From NCBI GenBank assembly GCA_964016885.1, contig OZ024742.1:309752001-309816000 (forward strand): a DNA stretch of 64,000 bases. Reading direction: 5' to 3'. Position 1 is the stretch's first letter. Every line of letters starts with the position of its first letter. Both the position numbers and the translations under genes were made by a program. Shown in pieces: positions 55,843 through 64,000 of the stretch. Below the pieces are notes generated by a model. It did not search any database, had not been told where the DNA came from, and worked only from the letters and a program-made list of their open reading frames with translations. The stretch comes from Eledone cirrhosa. Its lineage: Eukaryota.

Positions 55843-56632
55843 ATCATCATCATCACCGTTTTACGTCCGTTCTTCCACGCTAGCATGGGTTAGACGGGTT
55901 GTCCTGTTGTGGGCAGTGTCTGGTCGGCTGACCATGCCTTGCTCATACAGGAACTGATCTGGCTTGATTTCTACAGCTGGATGCCCTTCCTAACACCAAC
56001 CTCATTTACAGTGAGTGCTGGGTGCTTTTTCGTGGCGCCTACACGTCCACTTTACAGTGTGGGCTGGGTGCTTTTTTGCCGTGGCACCTCCACGACCACC
56101 TTGCGGGGGGGGGGGGGGGGGGGGGGCATATTGTTTATATGCTTCAGCATGTACCCATGGGAGGTCGGGTACCCTGTATTACTGCGTGACGCCAGAAGTC
56201 ACGGTCGTGTGTCATTGACTTTGAGAGGTGTAGTTGGGTAAGGTCGGCTTTTATCACCTCATCCCAAGTCATCTTGGGTCTCCCCACTCCGCGGTTTCCA
56301 TCAACTTCTAGTGCTCTGCACCTTTTTATGCAGCTGTCATCCTTCATACGCATCACATGTCCATACCAGCGTAACCGCCTCTCCTGCACGCAGCATTTGA
56401 TTCCTCTTATGCTCAGTCTCTCTCTCAATTCATTTATGCTTTGTCGTTCACGTATATTACTGTTACACATCCATCGGAGCATGCAGGCTTCGTTTCTCTC
56501 TAATCTACGTAAGTCTTCCACCTTCAGCGCCCAGGTCTCACTACCATGCAACATCGCTGTTCGGATACACGCATCATACAGTCTGCCTTTCATTCTGAGG
56601 GAGAAGCCTTTTGCAGCTAGCAGTGGTAGTAG
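55843..56632 (-). mobile_element. RTE LINE 3' fragment
   Basis: [20 protein letters not shown]...[12 protein letters not shown]...GRPKMTW. The 3'UTR is shared with the SINE family 2 tail. Confidence 0.9.
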
Positions 56633-56655
56633 TTCCCTATATATGTATATATATG

Positions 56656-56686
<31 letters not shown>

Positions 56687-56702
56687 GTATATATATATAT
56701 AT

Positions 56703-56778
<76 letters not shown>

Positions 56779-57123
56779 AGAGAGAGAGAGAGGTGTATAA
56801 TGAAACGAAGTATAAACAGAAAATGAACTCTATACCACAGATGAGGAGGGAAGGAGGATACTAAAGAAGGTGTACACAACCTACTTGAGATGTTTTCTTC
56901 TTACACCACTTACATGCAATCAACACAACATAAACCACACATATACACACACTCACACACCCTAACCTGTTCTGACAGGCTGCCTACGATATATATTATA
57001 TACACGCTCACACACACACAAACACATATATATGTATGTATAAATATATATACATATATATATTTATATGTATATATATGATATAGTTATATGTATATAT
57101 AATATATATATAAATAAAATATA

Positions 57124-57171
<48 letters not shown>

Positions 57172-57181
<10 letters not shown>

Positions 57182-57565
57182 TAAATGGAAACTATATTTA
57201 TAAAACCATAATTATTTTATTATATATATTTCAAAGGCAACCAGGCAATTTTGGTGCGCTTTCATCAGATAAAATACAAAATATGTTTTATAAATGTTGA
57301 CATACCCGTAGAAAACCAACCTTGACGGTTGATGGTTCGCTGATATATATATATCTGATCTATATTATATTTTATCTGATGAAAGCACACCATAATTTAA
57401 CTTGGTGTCCTTGAAATATGTATAATGAAATAAATATGGTTTTATAAATATAGTTTCCATTTATTAATATATCATATTTTTACTCCAATAATTTGTTGTG
57501 CTTTATATCAGTTATAAAAATAAAAATATTTGCTTGTTGTATCCCAACAATTTAAATAGAACTTC

Positions 57566-57570
<5 letters not shown>
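57172..57570. mobile_element. Family C fold-back element with complete HHR motifs at 57215-57274 (-) and 57370-57430 (+)
   Basis: The (+) motif reads UUUUAU-CUGAUGA-AAGcACACCA...UGGUGUcCUU-GAAA-UAUGUA-UA^AUGAAA. Confidence 0.85.
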
Positions 57571-57637
<67 letters not shown>

Positions 57638-57778
57638 ATATATATATATATATATATTTTATATATATATATATATATATTTTATATATATATATATATA
57701 TATTTTATATATATATATATGGATATATCCACATCTGTAACATATAATATATATATATGTACAGATGCATATACATTT

Positions 57779-57840
<62 letters not shown>

Positions 57841-57987
57841 GTAAGCTATCGCCGTATTTTGACTAAAGAAATTAAAGAAATTATTTAGCCTGATAGTGGG
57901 GTTAAGAACCCTCGGAGAAATGGAAAAAGATGAGTATTGACGTACATGTCAAAAAATATTCTTACTATATATATATATAAAATATTC

Positions 57988-58019
<32 letters not shown>

Positions 58020-58387
58020 TATATATATGTGTATATAATTGGTGTGGGATGCTTAAAGTGTCCGTATGCGGTAGTCCGTTTGAGCACTCGATTCTCTTAC
58101 AGAGCAGAGTATAATATGACATAAGAAACGGAGAATCAATGGTGCGACGAATTAAAATTTATTAGGCATATTACAACCAGTCAGGTTCGATCATCGCATC
58201 GATCGTGCCTCGAGCTGGTTGCTAGAGAAACGATTGTAACATGTCTAATAAATTTTAATTCGTCGCACCACTGATTCTCCGTTTCTTATGTGTGATATAT
58301 ATATATATATAATGAAAAATTGAACAGGGACAGAACAGAGAGGCAGTACGATAAATGTTTATTAAATTCACGCTCAGGAGAGTGGGG

Positions 58388-58428
<41 letters not shown>

Positions 58429-58744
58429 GTTTCTATTTTAGGCACTATGCCAGCAATTAGCCAGTACATTACTGGTATTTTATTTTATCGACCCCATAAA
58501 GATGAAAGGCAAAGTTTTGAACTCAGCGGGATTTGAACTCAGATCATAAAGGGACGTAACTCTAAGGTTCAAAGCATGGTGTCCGACTCTCTACCGATAC
58601 TGCCAATCCACCGCCCTATATATATAATGTTGAAAAGTGACACACGATTTGATATATATTACAGTAAAAAAGAAAAAAACAGTAGAAAATGCTAATGGGA
58701 TTTTCACATAGAATAACAGCAAAACATATATTTACAAAAATTGA

Positions 58745-58951
<207 letters not shown>

Positions 58952-59451
58952 GTATCCCATTTGCAACGCCGCAGCTCCATTATTATCATATTTACATATA
59001 TATATACATGCATATATATAGATACACACACATTCATATAGATACACACACATTCACACACATATATAGACGCATGTGAGAAAGAGTACTCAATACCGAA
59101 GTAGGGTTTAAATATTCTTTATCATGGCTATGTGATGAATCTTGTTCCTCTGGAGTTAGATTCGTTTGAAATCATTAGGAATGACAGGTAAATTTAGCCA
59201 GGTTGTGTAATAGATTACGTTGGGGTAGAGAAAGAGAGGAAGAGACGGATGGGGAAGGAGGAGGAAAAAGAAAAGGAGAAGATAAAAAGAAACTAAATGC
59301 GAGGGGGAGTGCAAGTATAAGGAGCAGGTGAGATGGTGCGTGAAAATTGGGCATGAAAATTGTTTTGTTTGGTCAGTATTTAGAAACAGTCTTAGAAACT
59401 CTGTTGTCAGTGTGTGTGTGTCCCCATACATGTGTAATATATATCTATATT

Positions 59452-59552
<101 letters not shown>

Positions 59553-59813
59553 CATATATATAGTAATAATAATAAATTTGAAGACTAAAATCCAAAGAGG
59601 GCTCGATAAGGATAAATATATATCAAATATATATATATATGTATAGATGTATGTATAGATATAATAATATAGATGTATGTATAGGTGTTATATATATATA
59701 GAGAGAGATATAGATAGATATATAGATGCAATATATATATGTATGTATAAACATGTATATATATAGGTATATATATATTTGTCGGACTTCTAACAAATTA
59801 AATACCACTTCTA

Positions 59814-59901
<88 letters not shown>

Positions 59902-61181
59902 TATAGTCTGTATAATATATGTATATCTATATATATATGCATGTATAAATCTCATATCTAGAAACTAACAAGGATATTTTCTGTTATAATACTTTATGTA
60001 CGAAACTAAACTGTGCATGCAACATGGCCGAATGATTGCAATCATTAGGTCCCGGGTTTGTCCCTACTGCATGATATCATCTGCATGTGGCCTTTACCAT
60101 AGTCTCGGGTCGACCTAAGCAATGGGGGTGAAATTTCGTTGATGGAAACACCATAGAAGCCAATCTGGACTGTATATCATGTAATTCAAAAGGCTCGACG
60201 TTTCACACACTGTGTCACACCAAATTTCCCTGTGGATTACATTCAGGGTACATGTGAATATGGAACGCTCAGAGATTTGCACGCTAACTGACGAGCAGGC
60301 TGTTCCGTTGGTCAACTTATCATTAAAACCGACAGAGGTCCATTCCAGTTTATATGAGATTTAATAACAATATAAAAGAAGTGAATAATAAATTATGAAA
60401 TAGCTAAAATATGAATGCTTATTAAATCAGGTGGATTAGCAATATCGGTGGAGCGTCGGACAACATGCTTTATGACATAGTTACCGTCCTTTACAATCTG
60501 AGTTTAAATCCAGCGGAGGTTAGCTTTGCCTTTCATCCTTACGGGGTCGATGAAATAAAGTACTAGTAATGCAATAGGGTCGATTTAATCGACTTTCCCC
60601 TTCCCCTTGTGCCTAAATCAGAAACCAATGTATGACTTCACACTCTTTTATTATTCTATTGGTTCCAGTCATTGAATAAGGCAAATAATGAACATCTTCA
60701 AAGCAAAGTAGTTTATATCACTCATGGGTAAAATGCGGCCCGTTTGGCTTTCTGAATGGCACGCTTAATTTAAAAATTCCCTTGAATTTTTTTAGTAGTG
60801 CAGCCCGCCTTATAATGAGATACATCCTATGTAGCCCACAGCTAAAAAAAGGTTGCACATGCCTGGTTCATATGAAGCATAGTGAGATATGTGCTTAAGA
60901 ATAGTTAGGGAAAGTCGGTACAATGTAAATAGGAAATACGATGGTGGAACTTGAGCAGAGTAAAGTAAGAAGGCCAAAACGAAACAATAGTCTTTTTTTA
61001 TCAAATAAAGGGAAACTCGCATAGTTTTGTTCTAACGTGCAGTCTTGTGTGGGTCTGGCGATAAATATATACATGTATATATATATATATGTATATATAT
61101 ATATGTATGCATATATGAAAAATTCGGGACCCCCAACGGCATAGCTCCGGCCATTTCAACGCAACAGCTAAATCCGAACTC

Positions 61182-61273
<92 letters not shown>

Positions 61274-61341
61274 GTATCTGTATGTGTGTATATATATGGA
61301 TTTATAGTTATATGTACATATAAACATACGCACACACACAC

Positions 61342-61404
<63 letters not shown>

Positions 61405-61952
61405 GGTGTCAGGAAGAGCATACGGCTGTAAAACATTTACTTAAAAGAATGTCGTCCTTCACATGGAAAAGCGAGCGTAAAAAGACGGTGATGATATAAA
61501 TTTTATGTGGAGAGTGAGGGTGTCAAAGATGTTAAAACACATCAGTAACACGAACAATAACATTACCATCAATAGCATCACCTTTAAACTAGCTCCCAGT
61601 ACAGCCCTTCTTCATTACCACCCGTAAAATCTGATATAAGCATGATCTATTGCACTCTCCTCTCCTTCACCACACAAACCTTTGTTTATTTAAGCAAACA
61701 CATGTTTCCAATATTGGATATAAAATATAAAGCTTTTAAGAGCGCATATAAGCGGGCTTCTCGTCTCCTATGTATGTATGTATGTATGTATGTATGTATG
61801 TATGTATGTATGTATGTATGTTATTGTTGTTGTTGTCGTTATTATTGTTGTTGTTGTTATTATTATTATTGTTATTATTATGGTTTTTTTCTCGTGCAAT
61901 GGCCATACTCGATAACGAGGGGCAGCCATCATAATGTATGTATGTATACAAT

Positions 61953-62042
<90 letters not shown>

Positions 62043-62092
62043 ATATATAATATATATATATATGTGTGTGTATATATAATATATGATATATA

Positions 62093-62142
<50 letters not shown>

Positions 62143-62289
62143 CTCGCGCGTGTATTCATATATACGTATCAATACACACATACACACATACACACACCCT
62201 TATGTATATATATATATGTGTGTATATTTATACGTATATATGAATACACAGAGAGAGAGAGAGAGAGAGATGCATGCCCGTACACACAT

Positions 62290-62323
<34 letters not shown>

Positions 62324-62549
62324 GTACATATATATTGCATGCTACTATTTATGTACTCCAAATCAGTGCGATGTTTCCACCTAGGCTTACTGGCTTAGGG
62401 ATGAACAGTGCCTGAAAAACACAGTAAGAAAATATATCTTGGATAGTTTCTTAATTTTTGTAGTGTAAATATTTGTGAATACAATGATCGAATTCATACG
62501 TTTTCGGAAAATCCCCTTTGGTATTAATTTTGATATGTATGTGTGTGTT

Positions 62550-62602
<53 letters not shown>

Positions 62603-62617
62603 ATGTATATATATATT

Positions 62618-62648
<31 letters not shown>

Positions 62649-62695
62649 TATTGTCTGTGTGTGTGTATATATATATATATATGTATATACGTGTG

Positions 62696-62727
<32 letters not shown>

Positions 62728-62765
62728 GACAATATATATATAATATATATATATGTATATACGTG

Positions 62766-62799
<34 letters not shown>

Positions 62800-63110
62800 T
62801 ATGTATATATATACACACATATATATATATGTGTGTGTGTTCATATATATATATATATATATGTTCATTACATATATACACATGTATGTATGTATATATA
62901 TATATATATATGTATGTATATGTGTGTACAATTGTTTGCTGAAGCTAGGTATATGTATAATTATTCAGATGTCAGCCTTATATAGAGTTCTAACACACGC
63001 GCACACACACACACTCATACCCGCGCCCACTCACACACGTATATATATGTGTGGTATATATTTATGATTATGTATGTGCGCCGAAATAGCTGTAGATTAT
63101 CTATTTTTAC

Positions 63111-63177
<67 letters not shown>

Positions 63178-63268
63178 TAAAAGTAGAGAATTGTGTGTGT
63201 ATAAGAAAGTGTTTAATATATATATATATGTCTGTGTATATATGTGTACACAAACACACAAACACACA

Positions 63269-63368
<100 letters not shown>

Positions 63369-64000
63369 TGTGGTGCGTGTGTGCGTGTGTTTGAACATGA
63401 CTGACGGTTTTGTTGATATTTAAATATGACAGAAACTCTCACCCATTTTTCTCTCCTCTTCCCCACCTCCAAAGTTTTCGACGAAAGATTATCACTTAAA
63501 TGGTGTCTCTCTTATAAATTTCTCATCACACATATCTTATTTCACTGATACCTAAATTACTGAAACGAACAGTTTCCATACGACAAATGCTTGTGTTTTA
63601 CATTTCTTGTTATTTACTGTATTTATATATTTCTTTGCCGTGTACATTCTTTAAATTTTGGATCTCCATCGGTTCCACGGGTGAATGTCCCAGTTGATTC
63701 GATCAACCTAACAGCCAGCTCATAAAATAAACGTTGAATAAGATAAGATATGTAATCCTAACGTATTTTTCAGAGAGGTTCTGCGTGATTCTTTGTATTA
63801 TAAGTTCAACTTATTTTTTGCCAACTGAGAAGACTGTAGCAACGTGAAATAAAATATTTTGCTCAAGGGGTCAACGCACCACCGTGTATCGAACTCACTA
63901 CTATACTATCGATTCGACTCATGACTGAAATTAGGTAAACGGAAACTATTTGGAAGCCCATCAGATGGACTGTACTTGTAATTTAATGGTGTTAGCCATG

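Overview
AT-rich animal genomic DNA dominated by (TA)n, (CA)n, (CATA)n and (CT)n microsatellites. The SINE and LINE content suggests an octopod cephalopod (inference). The only host gene I can support is coding exon 1 of a SoxF-group HMG-box gene (16437-17154, +), followed by an intron with no recognisable exon 2 in the remaining ~47 kb. The rest is decayed retroelements (R4/Dong-type REL, RTE, CR1-like, Tx1/L1-like, a Penelope-like RT fragment), two tRNA-derived SINE families, a deleted Tc1 element and tiny MITEs. The main unexpected signal is a swarm of roughly ten unrelated 100-470 bp element families that sit in or against (TA)n tracts. They are usually fold-back inverted repeats and carry complete or half type I hammerhead ribozyme (HHR) motifs, including unusual core variants. 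In several copies the fold-back axis coincides with ribozyme stem II. All folds and alignments were done by eye, so boundaries are approximate and no ribozyme activity is demonstrated.
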